The notes below the pieces were generated by a model, which searched no databases, had not been told where the DNA came from, and worked only from the letters and a program-made list of their open reading frames with translations. Below are positions 47,602 to 58,185 of a DNA stretch of 64,000 nucleotides, piece after piece. The translations under genes and the position numbers were made by a program. Location of the stretch: positions 192,001-256,000 of the forward strand of contig CAVOXA010000009.1 of NCBI GenBank assembly GCA_963700285.1, written 5' to 3'. Each line of letters begins with the position of its first letter. The stretch's first letter is position 1. Source of the DNA: an uncultured Chloroflexia bacterium. Lineage in GTDB: Bacteria; Chloroflexota; Anaerolineae; JAAYZQ01.

Positions 47602-48603
47602 CTAGCCGCCCCGCCGTCCCCCGCCAGCCCACAGGGGCCGGCCGTTCTCCTCACGGATGAGCACACTCTGGCCGGTGCTGGCGTTGTCGATCTGACCGAT
47701 CTCGAGGTCTTCGCCCTCATAGAAGCCGGTTAGTGTCAGGTTGTCACCAACCTGGACCTGGAAACCCTGTTCCTGGACGAAGCGCCAGGCGCGGCCATCT
47801 ATGACGATCTCTTGCCCATCCACAGCCTGCACGACCAGAGCGTCGCTCGCTACACTGGAAACGCTGCCCTGGACCTCCAGCCAGCCGTCAACCTGGGCCT
47901 GGCCGGTGCCACTTCCATCGCCAGATACCTCTGCCTGGCCCAGCCCACCAGAGCCGCCCTGGCCGCGTCCACCCTGACCACGCCCACCTTGACTCGCAAG
48001 CGCCTGCTGCTCGGCAGCACGCTGGCCGCTACCCGACCAGGCCGGCCGGCCATCGTCGTCACGGAGGCTGATGGTCTGGCCATCAGCCAGCCTCGTCACC
48101 TGGGTCGCCTTCAGTTCATCGTCCTCCCAGTAGCCCGCCACCTGCACCCGGTCGCCGGCCGCAAGCGTGAACCCCTGGGCCTCCATGTAGCCCGGCCCCG
48201 TGCCTACTACAATCTCCTCGCCACCATCCGTCTTGACGACCAGATCTACTCCGGTTGCTGGAGCCTGTACCACGGTCCCTTCGTAGGCAATCTGCTCACC
48301 CGAGGGAGCTTCAAAGTTGGGATACTGCCGCTCGGCAACACCAGCGCCCTGCCCATAGCCACCGCCGCTATACCCCTGGGTATCGACCCCTGCGCTCCGG
48401 CCCCGGCCATAGCCCTGACCGCCTGCCACTGCCTCGCCTGCCAAGTCTCCTACCTCGACCCGGCCCTGACCGTAGCCCCGGCCCTGTGCCTCGGCCACAT
48501 TCTCTGTCTTGTCCAGTGTGCGAATTATACCTCCCGCCACCAGGACCCCAATCAACCCCACCAACAGCGTTCCCAACACGATTTTCTTAATCATCTCGTT
48601 CAT
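47602..48603 (-). CDS. Exported Gly-rich protein with two OB-fold-like repeats
   Basis: N-terminal TM/signal, GxGxG linkers, two 'G.V......L.V....G.EI.......QGF.....GD...V.G..E........LR...GRP.W' modules. Confidence 0.75.
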   Translation of the reverse strand: MNEMIKKIVLGTLLVGLIGVLVAGGIIRTLDKTENVAEAQGRGYGQGRVEVGDLAGEAVAGGQGYGRGRSAGVDTQGYSGGGYGQGAGVAERQYPNFEAPSGEQIAYEGTVVQAPATGVDLVVKTDGGEEIVVGTGPGYMEAQGFTLAAGDRVQVAGYWEDDELKATQVTRLADGQTISLRDDDGRPAWSGSGQRAAEQQALASQGGRGQGGRGQGGSGGLGQAEVSGDGSGTGQAQVDGWLEVQGSVSSVASDALVVQAVDGQEIVIDGRAWRFVQEQGFQVQVGDNLTLTGFYEGEDLEIGQIDNASTGQSVLIREENGRPLWAGGGRRGG

Positions 48604-48696
48604 CCTTTCAGTCAGTCTGTTCTCTTTGTTTCGAGTCCCAACGTTTCCAAGTGTACCTTCACGTGATTGTCTTTGAAGTACGAATTTCGTTCCGCC

Positions 48697-49371
48697 CTAT
48701 ACTTGATCACTACTGGCCAGAACAGCCTTGCCTGGCACTTGCGACGGTCCAGTCTGCGGCTGGGGCAGCAGCGAGAGGAAAAACCGGGCGGTCACATTCT
48801 TGACCCAGCGCCAGTGGATGGCAAAGTGAAGCACCGCTGCTACGATCACGACTACTCCGCTCCAGGTGTGGATCAGGTCCCAGGTAGTCCGGCTGAAGAG
48901 AAAGCCTGGATCCCAGTTTGGATTGCGCCCGCCCTCAAAACCACCGGAAGGGCCAAAGACAAAGTAGATGCCCGACAGGGCGCAGAGCAGAAAGCTAATG
49001 GCAATCACGAGGTTGATGGCGACATTCACTTTGGCTCCCTTGGAAAGCTTGGGGCCCTGTGGCCGCATGCCGCTCACCATACGCCCGCTCATCCTCTTGA
49101 CCCACTGCCAGTGGATGGCGAAATGGACGACGATTGCCACGATCATCAGCAGGCCACCCCACAGGTGCAGGTCACTCCAGGTGTGGCGGCCGAACAGGAT
49201 GGTGAGGCCATAGGTCGCATTGCGCCCGCCCTGGTAGCCGCCCGAAGGCAAGAAAAGAAAGTAGACTCCCGTCAGGGCAGCCACGATACCGCCTATTAAT
49301 ACGGCGAGATCGATGAGCCAGTTCTGTCGTGTTTGCATCGACATTCTAATGGGTTTGGGATTCTTCATCAT
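48697..49371 (-). CDS. DUF4405 tandem-domain membrane protein (possible b-heme binding)
   Basis: Two repeats of 'LTG.Y.....R.TW..(L/I)H.W.G......HFAIHW.WVK'. Confidence 0.85.
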   Translation of the reverse strand: MMKNPKPIRMSMQTRQNWLIDLAVLIGGIVAALTGVYFLFLPSGGYQGGRNATYGLTILFGRHTWSDLHLWGGLLMIVAIVVHFAIHWQWVKRMSGRMVSGMRPQGPKLSKGAKVNVAINLVIAISFLLCALSGIYFVFGPSGGFEGGRNPNWDPGFLFSRTTWDLIHTWSGVVVIVAAVLHFAIHWRWVKNVTARFFLSLLPQPQTGPSQVPGKAVLASSDQV

Positions 49372-49425
49372 TTCACCTCGGGTTCTCCCTCAAGTAGTCG
49401 TCTTGTTCCCGCAATTTCTGGCCCC

Positions 49426-49468
49426 ATTATGACCGAGAATCGTGAAGAAGCTGTGAAGGACTTTTGAA
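49426..49468 (-). promoter_or_regulatory. Second TTCAC(A/G) 11-bp-period box plus -10 (CATAAT)
   Basis: cgtgaa 49441, tgtgaa 49452, tttgaa 49463; -10 element 9 nt downstream on the minus strand, same geometry as at 40.4 kb. Confidence 0.65.
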
Positions 49469-49695
49469 AGTTTCATGTGGACGCTGCTGCAGCAGGCTAA
49501 CCAGCCACACAATGCGCGTGCCTATCCTTGACCGGCCAGACGAATAGGCCTTTACTTGGGACACCCAGGAACGAATCATCCTCTCTATTTCCTCAAGAGA
49601 CGACTGGACAGCGAATGCCCGATGTGCTATAATCGTGAATGCCGGAACAATCTTGGGTGAGCGATTCACCCCAATTCAAGGAAGGAGTTGCCGAG

Positions 49696-51320
49696 ATGAA
49701 CAAGATACTGAGCGACAGACGCCTGGTACTTGCCCTTGCCGGTACCTTACTGCTGTTGGCCCTGGTGGTCAGCGCCTGTGGGCCTGGGGGTGGCACTACG
49801 GAGACCCTGGTCGTATTGATCGACAACGATGAAGGGCCGATCACACCAGCCAACTTTAACACCTTCATTGGCTATTATATGGGCGGCTGGGTATATGATC
49901 AACTGTTCGTCCGCTCAACGGACCTGATCTCAGTGCCCGCCCTGGCCACGGAGGCCGAATCAGAGCGACGATGGGCTGACCTGGGAGTATCACCTTGCGC
50001 GAGGACGTCAAGTGGCACGATGGCGAGCCCTTTACGGCGGATGACGTGGTCTTTACCTACAACTGGCTCAAGGCAGCCGGCCGGGCCCCAGCCCTGGAGG
50101 TGATGGACACCATCCAGGCCAACGGTGAGCATGGGGTGACCATCAGCCTGCAGGAGCCAAGTCCATTCTTCCTCGACGAGGCTCTGGCCCAGTACTATAT
50201 CATGCCCGAACACGTCTGGAAGGATCAGGAACCGGTCAGCGGGGAACTGAGCCAGTTCCAGGGCAAGATCGGCACGGGGCCTTACAGACTGCTGGAGATC
50301 GTTCCCGGTGAGTCATACACCTTCGAAGCGAACCCCGACTATTACCGCGGGGAACCACTGGTACAAAACCTGATCGCCAAGATCGTAAAGGACCGCACCC
50401 AGCAGTTCAACCAGCTTAAGGCTGGTGATGCGTCCGCTGTCCTGTCCTCAGTCCCCCCGTCGCTGGTGGAGGAGCTTGCCGGGACAGAAGGCATCGACCT
50501 AGCCCAAGGATCCGATTTCTTCAACTATGTGTTCTATGCCAACGGCTCCCGGCCCCCATTCGACAATCCAAAAGCACGGCAGGCCATAGCCCTGGCCATC
50601 GATGCCCAGAAGCTGGTGGATACCGTGTTGCTGGGACAGGGCATCCTACTGCCCGTGAGCTACTACCACCCGGACCTGCCCTGGGCCATAAACATTCCTG
50701 GTGAGTACAACCCGGAGGCGGCGAAGGCTTTGCTGGACGAAGCGGGTCTCGTGGACTCTGATGGCGACGGCATTCGGGAGGTCAATGGTGGGCCGGCCAG
50801 CTACGAGGTCCTTTGCGATATCAACAACACCGTAGAAGTGCGATCCACTGAGCTGATCGTTGACATGCTGAAGGACGTCGGCATCCAATCAGAGCAGCGC
50901 TGCATGGACATTGACACCGCGGTGACCTACATCTGGCCCAGCTTTGTGGCCGTGCCCGACCCCGAGTATGGCCTCGGAATCTGGGGCTGGTCTTCTGCCC
51001 CCCAGATCCAGCGCGGGTTCCTGCGTTTCCTGACCAACTGCAATCTCGAAGAGATTGGCTGGGCAAACTTGACGGGAACCTGCGACCCCACGCTGGACGA
51101 GCTTTTTGCCGAGTATGTGACCAACCCCGACCCGGCCCGGCAGGAGGAGCTGGCGAAGGCTATCCAGGAGCAGTTTGCCGAGACGCTGGTCTTTATCCCG
51201 ATCATGTCCCCCGGAGGCAATTTTGCCTATCGTCCTGCCGACTATGATGGCTGGCAGTATATGAAGGGGACAGGGATCATGACCCTGTGGTCCTTCTTGC
51301 CGGACGACGCGGCAGAATAG
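49696..51320 (+). CDS. Peptide/nickel-type (family 5) ABC substrate-binding lipoprotein, frameshifted near 49960-49995
   Basis: Lipobox VSAC; 'YDQLF...P.LA', 'LREDVKWHDGEPFTADDVVFT', 'IGTGPY', 'R.AIA.AID'. Confidence 0.88.
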
Positions 51321-51342
51321 GCGCGCCTGGTTTGCAGCCTAC

Positions 51343-52362
51343 GTGTCGAGCCTGACGCTGCGCTCGTTGAGAGAGGTCATCGATCCACAGATAAGTGGGT
51401 TTGAGGACTGCCTGATCAAGACCAGCGCAAGCCCGAGTACCGTCCACCGGGTGGCCCTGTCCTATCCACAGGGCCACCCGGGTGTGCGGTCGGTGATCGT
51501 CAAGTCGATCGCACCGGTCTGGTCCGGCGATCCCCACGGCCCGGATCGGGAAGCTGGCTTCTACACCAAACTGTTGCCTTGTCTGGATGTAGAATCCCCG
51601 GACGTGTATCATGTTGGTATCGAACCGAGGAGCCAGCGCCGCCTGATCGTGATGGAGGACATTTCGGCGAGCCACCGCTTCCCGCCGCCGACCCACCACT
51701 GGAAGCCAGACGAAGCGGAGTACATGGTCAAGGCCTACGCCCGGCTGCACGTGAACGGCCAGCGCTGCCTGCCACCAGAGAATGAGCGAGACTGGATGTG
51801 GCGCATGGCGCTCCACGAAAGAGATTGGGAGCCCGAGACACTGGCGGGCATGGTCTATGAAATCGCCGTCCAGGGGATGTGGGCGCCTGTGCCACGGATA
51901 GAGAAACTGATCGAGCGAACGCTGGCCGATCTCGCGCATTTTGCTCGCCATGCGCCGACCCTGCTGCACAACGACGTCTATCCACCGAACGTCGCGCTGC
52001 CGCTTGACCCAGGGGGCAAAGCAACACTTCTCGACTGGGAGATGGCTGGCTGGGGGCTGGCCGAGCTCGACCTGGCTTTTATGTTCCTGCAGCCGTTTCG
52101 TAGCGCTCAGTACCTCGATCGGGGCAAGGTGCTAGGCAACTACTGGGCGCAGCGCCAGGCGCTGGAGGGGGCATGTCCGCCTTTCGAGGAGCGGCAGGCT
52201 GTTCAGAGTCACGCCGACGCATTGTGGGCCCTATCTCTGATTCCAGTGGCCCACAGAGTGGCAGCCAAGCCATACCCCACCGGGTCCGCGCCCCAGGTCT
52301 ACTGGGAATCGATGTTTGGTGTGCTGCATGAGCGGTTATCCGACCTCTGTGGTAGGCTCTAA
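51343..52362 (+). CDS. APH/choline-kinase-fold phosphotransferase
   Basis: 'VK', 'RE..FY', 'LIVMED', Brenner-like 'LLHNDVYPPNV', 'LDWE'. Confidence 0.85.
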   Translation: MSSLTLRSLREVIDPQISGFEDCLIKTSASPSTVHRVALSYPQGHPGVRSVIVKSIAPVWSGDPHGPDREAGFYTKLLPCLDVESPDVYHVGIEPRSQRRLIVMEDISASHRFPPPTHHWKPDEAEYMVKAYARLHVNGQRCLPPENERDWMWRMALHERDWEPETLAGMVYEIAVQGMWAPVPRIEKLIERTLADLAHFARHAPTLLHNDVYPPNVALPLDPGGKATLLDWEMAGWGLAELDLAFMFLQPFRSAQYLDRGKVLGNYWAQRQALEGACPPFEERQAVQSHADALWALSLIPVAHRVAAKPYPTGSAPQVYWESMFGVLHERLSDLCGRL

Positions 52363-52403
52363 CCAAGCTGCCGACAACGCAGCGACAGACTGAGATTGAT
52401 CCT

Positions 52404-53384
52404 GTGATGAGGAACCCCTTTCGCCGGCCAATTGTATACGCCATCACTTTTTTCCTGGCCATTACCCTAAATTTCTTCCTGCCGCGCCTGATGCCTGGGG
52501 ATCCGCTAGCGCTCATAGCTGGCAACGCCGTCCGCCAGATGAACGCCGAGCAGATCGCCAAGCTGCGCGACGTCCATGGGCTGGACAGACCGCTGGGCGA
52601 GCAGTACCTACGCTACCTGGGCCGGCTGGCTCGGGGCGACTTGGGCCAGTCCTATCGCTACAGCGGCGGTAAGACGGTGCTTCAGGTCCTGGCCGAGCGC
52701 TTTGTCTGGACCTTCTTTTTGGTGTCGGTCAGTCTCACCTTAGCCCTCGTCATCGGTTCCGCCCTGGGCGCGTGGGCTGCCTGGCAGCGGGGCCGGGCCA
52801 GCGACCTGGGTTTGCTGACCGGTCTTTTCACCCTGCGCGCGATGCCCAGTTTTTGGCTGGCCATGATGCTGATCCCTATCTTTGCCATCAGCCTGCGCAT
52901 CTTTCCCGCCGGGGATTCCTATTCATTCCCGCGCCCTACCGGTTGGGTGGCTGTGGCCGATGTACTGTGGCACGCGGTGCTGCCCATCACGGTCCTCATG
53001 CTGGCCTATATCCCGACGGCCTTTGCCATCATGCGCTCCTCGCTGCTGAGCGTGCTCAGCGGTACCTATGTACGTACCGCGCGGGCCAAGGGCCTGCCCG
53101 AAAGGACAGTCCTGTATCGCCACGCCATGCGCAACGCCCTGCTGCCCGTGCTCACAGCTTTTGCGCTGGACTTTGGGCAATTGCTGGGCGGCGTGCTGCT
53201 CATTGAAACGGTCTTTAACTACCGGGGCATGGGCAACATGATGTTTGAGGCTGTCAAGAGCCGGGACTATCCCTTGCTCCAGGGCGGGTTCCTGGTCTTT
53301 ACCTTGGGCGTGCTGATCATCAATTTGATCACCGATTGGCTATACACACGCTTGGACCCCCGCTTGAGAGGGGGTCGCGCATGA
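52404..53384 (+). CDS. ABC transporter permease (OppB/DppB-like)
   Basis: 'LPRLMPGDP', 'GDLG.S', 'YVRTARAKGL....V.YRHA.RNA', 'RDYP..QG', 'LDPR'. Confidence 0.95.
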   Translation: MMRNPFRRPIVYAITFFLAITLNFFLPRLMPGDPLALIAGNAVRQMNAEQIAKLRDVHGLDRPLGEQYLRYLGRLARGDLGQSYRYSGGKTVLQVLAERFVWTFFLVSVSLTLALVIGSALGAWAAWQRGRASDLGLLTGLFTLRAMPSFWLAMMLIPIFAISLRIFPAGDSYSFPRPTGWVAVADVLWHAVLPITVLMLAYIPTAFAIMRSSLLSVLSGTYVRTARAKGLPERTVLYRHAMRNALLPVLTAFALDFGQLLGGVLLIETVFNYRGMGNMMFEAVKSRDYPLLQGGFLVFTLGVLIINLITDWLYTRLDPRLRGGRA

Positions 53385-54283
53385 GCGATGGTAATGAAAG
53401 GAGGGGTTGGTCGCTCTTGCCTCGCCGGCCAACCTCTCCGTCCCAGATCGAGCAGCGGATCCCGCGCCGGTTGTCCAGTTACGCTGGCATTCTCGGTTTT
53501 GCGACACTCACAGGGTTGATCCTGCTCGCGGTCGTTCCCGGCCTGGTGGCGCCCTATGATCCGGCAGAAACGGTAGGACGCCCCTTGCAGAGGCCCAACG
53601 GCCAGTTTCTATTGGGTACGAACGACATTGGCCAGGATCTGTTGAGCGAGCTGATCTGGGGCACCCGCGCCTCCCTCGCCATCGGCATCATCGTAGGATT
53701 TCTGGCCGTAGTTACGGGGACGATAGTGGGGCTGGTTGCCGGCTACACATCGGGAGTGCCAAGCGCCCTACTGATGCGCCTGACCGACCTCACCCTCGTC
53801 CTGCCCTTCTTGCCGCTGGTCATTCTGCTCAGCGCCTACGTGGGACCCAGCCAGGGCAACGTGATCCTGATCCTGGCCTTTGTATCCTGGGCCGGACCCG
53901 CACGCCTGATCCGATCCCGCGTGCTGTCCCTGCTCACTGAACCCTACATCGAGGCGGCCCAAGCCATAGGCTGTACGAGCCGGAGGATCTTGATGATTCA
54001 CGTCTGGCCTGGCGTGCGGTTCATCGCTCTGGTGCAGTTGCTCCTGGTCGCCAGCGCCGCCATCCTGGCCGAGGCCAGTCTCAGTTTTCTGGGTCTGGGC
54101 GATCCGTCGGCCAAGAGCTGGGGAACCATGCTCTATTTTGCCCGGGCCAGCGGTGCGTTCCTCACCGATGCCTGGCGTTGGTGGGTGCTGCCCGCCGGTG
54201 TGATGATCACCTTGACGGTCCTCAGCCTGGCACTCATTGGCTATACCGCCGAAGAGGTCCTGGAGCCAGGGTTGCGCACATAG
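53381..54283 (+). CDS. ABC transporter permease (OppC/DppC-like)
   Basis: 'LGTNDIGQD..S.L..G.R.SL', 'YIEAA..IG', 'EASLSFLGLG.P...SWG.ML'. Confidence 0.95.
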   Translation: MSDGNERRGWSLLPRRPTSPSQIEQRIPRRLSSYAGILGFATLTGLILLAVVPGLVAPYDPAETVGRPLQRPNGQFLLGTNDIGQDLLSELIWGTRASLAIGIIVGFLAVVTGTIVGLVAGYTSGVPSALLMRLTDLTLVLPFLPLVILLSAYVGPSQGNVILILAFVSWAGPARLIRSRVLSLLTEPYIEAAQAIGCTSRRILMIHVWPGVRFIALVQLLLVASAAILAEASLSFLGLGDPSAKSWGTMLYFARASGAFLTDAWRWWVLPAGVMITLTVLSLALIGYTAEEVLEPGLRT

Positions 54284-54466
54284 CCAGTCCATGCTAACAT
54301 GACCACGAGACCGTTGGAATGATGCTGTATGCAAGCCGGTGGGAAAATCATTTTTGCCCATCCGATCTGTCATGTCCTCACTGGCGGACATGACAAGCGA
54401 TCTTGTGGTTGTTCCGCCGAACTTGATACGCTACCATTGGAGAAGAATGGAGAGGCCCTGAACAAA

Positions 54467-55801
54467 ATGTCCAAGCCCGCAGCCACCTGTCATTTGACCC
54501 CTGAAGAGGACTTTCTCTGGAACTGTGCTCGCCAGTGGCGTGCCCCGTCGATGCCTGCGTGTACTGCCCAGCTTGATTGGCAGCGACTCATCGAGATGAG
54601 TCGCTGGAATCGGATGCAAATCCTCCTCCATAGGGTACTCGCTGGAACCGGCCTGCTGGATGACCTGCCAGCCGGGGCAATGGCGCTGCTCCGCGAGGAC
54701 ATCGACCGCTATACAGAGAATGCCGAAATCCTGGGGCGGGGGCTGCGACGCTACTTATCCCTTGCGGGACAGCGGGGCGTCGAAACCGTGGTCCTCAAGG
54801 GGCTCTCCGTCTCGATCAAGATCTACGGCGATCCGTCCATACGGCCGGGCGGTGACGTTGATCTCCTGGTCCGCAAGGATCAAGTGGACGCCTGCGTGGC
54901 TGTGCTGGAGGAAATGGGGCTGGGTCGCTATTGGCCCCATCTCATGGACGACGCCTACTATGGGCGCCATCACCTCCACCAGCAGAGGTGCTCGAAGGAC
55001 ACCAAGATCTGGTTCGAGGCCCATTGGGCCCTGGATCATCCCTACACGCTGCTGACCATCGACTACGAAGCGCTGATGGACAGAACCACCCCGGGCGAGC
55101 TGCTGGGAGGTTCTGTGCGGGACCTGGCCCCCCCTGATCTGCTGCTGAGCCTGGCCGCGCACCTGGTCAAACACGCCGTTTACCTGCCCAGCGCAGTGGA
55201 TCGGCCCGATCTACGCCGCATCATCCTGGCCGACGGCATGCTGATGTACTTTGTGGATGTCGCCGAGGCCGTCAAGAGGTACGACGATGAGATCGACTGG
55301 CCCTTCCTGATAGCGCTGGCCCAAGCATCGGGGGCAACCACGATCCTGGGTTCGGTGCTCCGCATCTGCCGCGACCATCTGGAGGCCGCCGTGCCCGGCT
55401 TTGTGGTGGACGAGCTGCCGATACGCGCGCCCAAGGGTTTAACGGCCCGGATGATGAAACGGCTGATCGACTATCAAGTGGCGACGCACCAAGGGCAGGA
55501 TCGCAGCCGCTTCTGGGATTTTATGTTGATGACCGACGAGTCCTTCATCCTGCGCCCCATTCGCGCACTGGATACGGCAGCCTACTTTGTGCCTGGTTCG
55601 GATTTCCTGGAACGCCGCTACGGAGGAGCATCGTGGGCACACGCGGCTGGCCACGTGGCCCGGGCTACAGAGCAATACGCCCGCCTTGGTGTAGACACCG
55701 CCTACTACAGTTGGAGACGGAACCGGCGCCGCAAATCCCTGGCCCAGAGCGCTCCAGCGGCTGACGTGCCATCAGGCGATCCTTTGGCCGGCAGCGACTA
55801 G
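54467..55801 (+). CDS. Nucleotidyltransferase family protein (NTP_transf_5-like)
   Basis: 'VVLKG...YGDP..RP..DVDLLV', 'E.HW', 'L..H..KH', 'D......IDW'. Confidence 0.85.
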   Translation: MSKPAATCHLTPEEDFLWNCARQWRAPSMPACTAQLDWQRLIEMSRWNRMQILLHRVLAGTGLLDDLPAGAMALLREDIDRYTENAEILGRGLRRYLSLAGQRGVETVVLKGLSVSIKIYGDPSIRPGGDVDLLVRKDQVDACVAVLEEMGLGRYWPHLMDDAYYGRHHLHQQRCSKDTKIWFEAHWALDHPYTLLTIDYEALMDRTTPGELLGGSVRDLAPPDLLLSLAAHLVKHAVYLPSAVDRPDLRRIILADGMLMYFVDVAEAVKRYDDEIDWPFLIALAQASGATTILGSVLRICRDHLEAAVPGFVVDELPIRAPKGLTARMMKRLIDYQVATHQGQDRSRFWDFMLMTDESFILRPIRALDTAAYFVPGSDFLERRYGGASWAHAAGHVARATEQYARLGVDTAYYSWRRNRRRKSLAQSAPAADVPSGDPLAGSD

Positions 55802-55818
55802 GAGAGCCAGCAACCATC

Positions 55819-57138
55819 GTGGCAGCGCTCAAGGGCAGCATTCTTGGTGCCTGGAGGCTTGTCTCGCCTGCAGCCCGGCAGACAGCCTTTCTCTTTGGTG
55901 TAGACTCGTTCACCAACATCGTGGACTATGGATTTCACGTCTTTCTGAGCAGGGCGCTCCTGCCAGGACAGTTTGCTGTCGTGCAGACCATCAATGCGGT
56001 CTTTCTCATCCTGGTCACAGCTTTTGGCGTGACGCAGCCGGTGATGGCCCGCTTTGTGGCCGAATCGGAAATAGGGGACGATGGCGCAGCCACTGCCGGC
56101 GGTCCACCGAGCCGGGTCATCTTCCAGCGCTTTTTTCGCTTCAGTGCTATTCTGGGCCTGCTCTTGGCGGGTTTGGTCTGGCTGGGACGGCATCCGGTGG
56201 GTCAGTGGCTGAACGTGCCAAGCGCTGCGGTGGGCTTGGGGGCGACCATGATCTTGCTGGCTCTACTGCGACCCGTGGTGGGCGGCATGCTTCAAGGAGC
56301 ACAGCGCTTCGTGGCCTTTGGCTCGACGCGCTCCATCCACGCCGTGGGCCGTCTTGTGACAGGCGTGATCCTGATCAGTCTGGGCGGTGGCGCCCTGGCT
56401 GCCATCGCGGCTTTCCCCATCGGCGGCGCCCTGGCCTTGTTGGGGGGGCTGCTCTTCCTGGGCATGGCGGTCTGGCGGCCGGGTGCCCCGCCACAGAAGC
56501 AACTCTGGCGCGACGTCTTTCGACTATCCGCCGCCGCCTTCGTCGCCTTTGCGGCTTATATGAGCATGATGAACAGCGATCTGATCTGGGTGAACCGCAG
56601 TTACTCGGGTGAGATAGCCGGAGCCTATGCTTCCGCCGTCCTGTTGCGTAGGGTCATGGCTTTGTTGCCTGGCGCGGTTTTGGTGGTCATGTACCCACGG
56701 GTAGTGACCCGGGTGAGCAATGGGCAACTGCCAGACTCGATCTTGTGGAAGGCGAGTGCCGTGATCTGCGCATCCACTCTCGCGCTCACCGGACTTTATG
56801 TCTCCTTCGGCCCAACCATCATGACCGCCGCTTTCGGCCAGGCATACGGCACTGCCGCCCCCTTGCTAGGATGGATGGGGGTGGGCATGCTGGGCTATGG
56901 ACTGGCCTCCATCTGGATGAACCTCTACCTGGCGACGCGGCCGCTACCTTATGTGAGCCTGTTGGCAGCGATGGCCGTAGCGCAACACCTTCTGCTGGCA
57001 AGTTTCCAGGAGAACGTCCGCCAGGCAACGGCCATCTTTGTATCAAGTGGCTGGGTACTGGCCTTGGGCGGCCTGCTGATCTACCTGTTTGTGCTGCGCC
57101 CGCACCTGATCCGGACACCAAGCGAAGGCAAGTCTTGA
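55819..57138 (+). CDS. Oligosaccharide flippase (Wzx/MOP family)
   Basis: ~12 TM segments; 'R.L.P..F', 'G.LQG.QRF', 'N.D...V...', 'AG.Y..A', 'V.YP', 'FG..Y..A.P.L'. Confidence 0.82.
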   Translation: MAALKGSILGAWRLVSPAARQTAFLFGVDSFTNIVDYGFHVFLSRALLPGQFAVVQTINAVFLILVTAFGVTQPVMARFVAESEIGDDGAATAGGPPSRVIFQRFFRFSAILGLLLAGLVWLGRHPVGQWLNVPSAAVGLGATMILLALLRPVVGGMLQGAQRFVAFGSTRSIHAVGRLVTGVILISLGGGALAAIAAFPIGGALALLGGLLFLGMAVWRPGAPPQKQLWRDVFRLSAAAFVAFAAYMSMMNSDLIWVNRSYSGEIAGAYASAVLLRRVMALLPGAVLVVMYPRVVTRVSNGQLPDSILWKASAVICASTLALTGLYVSFGPTIMTAAFGQAYGTAAPLLGWMGVGMLGYGLASIWMNLYLATRPLPYVSLLAAMAVAQHLLLASFQENVRQATAIFVSSGWVLALGGLLIYLFVLRPHLIRTPSEGKS

Positions 57139-57141
57139 AAC

Positions 57142-58185
57142 ATGGATATTGACACACTTTACGACAGCCACAAGGATCACCTGGAGGATTTCTGGTCGCG
57201 ACGGCAGAACCGGGCCCGTTTTGTCCGGAAGGTAATGCTGTTCGACCGGACCGTTGTACTGCGCAGCAATGATGAGCCGGTATTGGCCGCTATTGAAACC
57301 TGCCTTCCCCAGTACTCCAGGGCGCGCCAGGCAGGGCTGCCAGACTTTTCTATCCAGATCGTGGTTCACGCTGCCCCCCAGAGTCCTGGCGCCGCACCCG
57401 ACGATCTAATCGACTACATACAGTATACAGGCAACGAGCAATGGCTCGCAATGCAATTGGGTGCCTGGGGACACTGCCATGTAGACCTGGCCCGAGGCGA
57501 AGCGGTGGCAGTTCTGACCCCCCAACTGGCCCAGCGGCCCGACCTCGTCGGCCGCTGTCTGCTCAACACGATTATCACCAACTTTTTCATCGCCAGCGGC
57601 TACGCGATGCTGCATGCATGCTGTCTCTATCATCAGGGGCGGGCTGTGCTCTTGATGGCTACCCACAACAGCGGAAAATCGACGACCGCACTACGTCTGG
57701 CCCTGGCCGGCTACCCGTTGCTGTCGGACAGTATGATCTTTCTGACGCCGGGCGGTGACAGGCCGCAGTTGCTGGGCTTTCCGGTGGGCCGGATCAAGCT
57801 GCGCCGGGATATGGTGCCCGCTTTTCCAGAAGTAGAAGCTCTGCTGGCGCCGGAAATGGTTCGTGGTGAGACAAAGTACAGTTTTGACCTGCGCCAGCTT
57901 GACCCAGCGCTGGTCTGCGAGGAAGCGGCTACCCCTGCCGCCATGGATCTCTGCCTGCTGACCCGCGGCAGCGGCAGCGACACCCAGCTATCGCCAGCCT
58001 CCAGGCAAGCCGTAGAAACCAGCATCATGGAAAATAGCTTGTTCTACGATACGTGGCAGGTCTGGCGCCGAAACTTGGTCAGCATCGAGCAGATCGTGGA
58101 CGTGGCAGGGTGGCACCATCTGGTCATCGGCAGAGACCCGGAGCAGGTCGTCGCAGCGGTTCGAGGTTTGTGGAGAGCGCCTTGA
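57142..58185 (+). CDS. HPr kinase-related P-loop protein
   Basis: 'MLHA.C......A.LL....SGKSTT...L...G..LLSDS' HprK-like signature. Confidence 0.75.
   Translation: MDIDTLYDSHKDHLEDFWSRRQNRARFVRKVMLFDRTVVLRSNDEPVLAAIETCLPQYSRARQAGLPDFSIQIVVHAAPQSPGAAPDDLIDYIQYTGNEQWLAMQLGAWGHCHVDLARGEAVAVLTPQLAQRPDLVGRCLLNTIITNFFIASGYAMLHACCLYHQGRAVLLMATHNSGKSTTALRLALAGYPLLSDSMIFLTPGGDRPQLLGFPVGRIKLRRDMVPAFPEVEALLAPEMVRGETKYSFDLRQLDPALVCEEAATPAAMDLCLLTRGSGSDTQLSPASRQAVETSIMENSLFYDTWQVWRRNLVSIEQIVDVAGWHHLVIGRDPEQVVAAVRGLWRAP

Noticed and set aside
54467-58185. Lasso peptide / RiPP cluster (NTP_transf_5 + HprK-like kinase)
   Set aside because: No cyclase, B protein/PqqD or plausible precursor peptide in the window.
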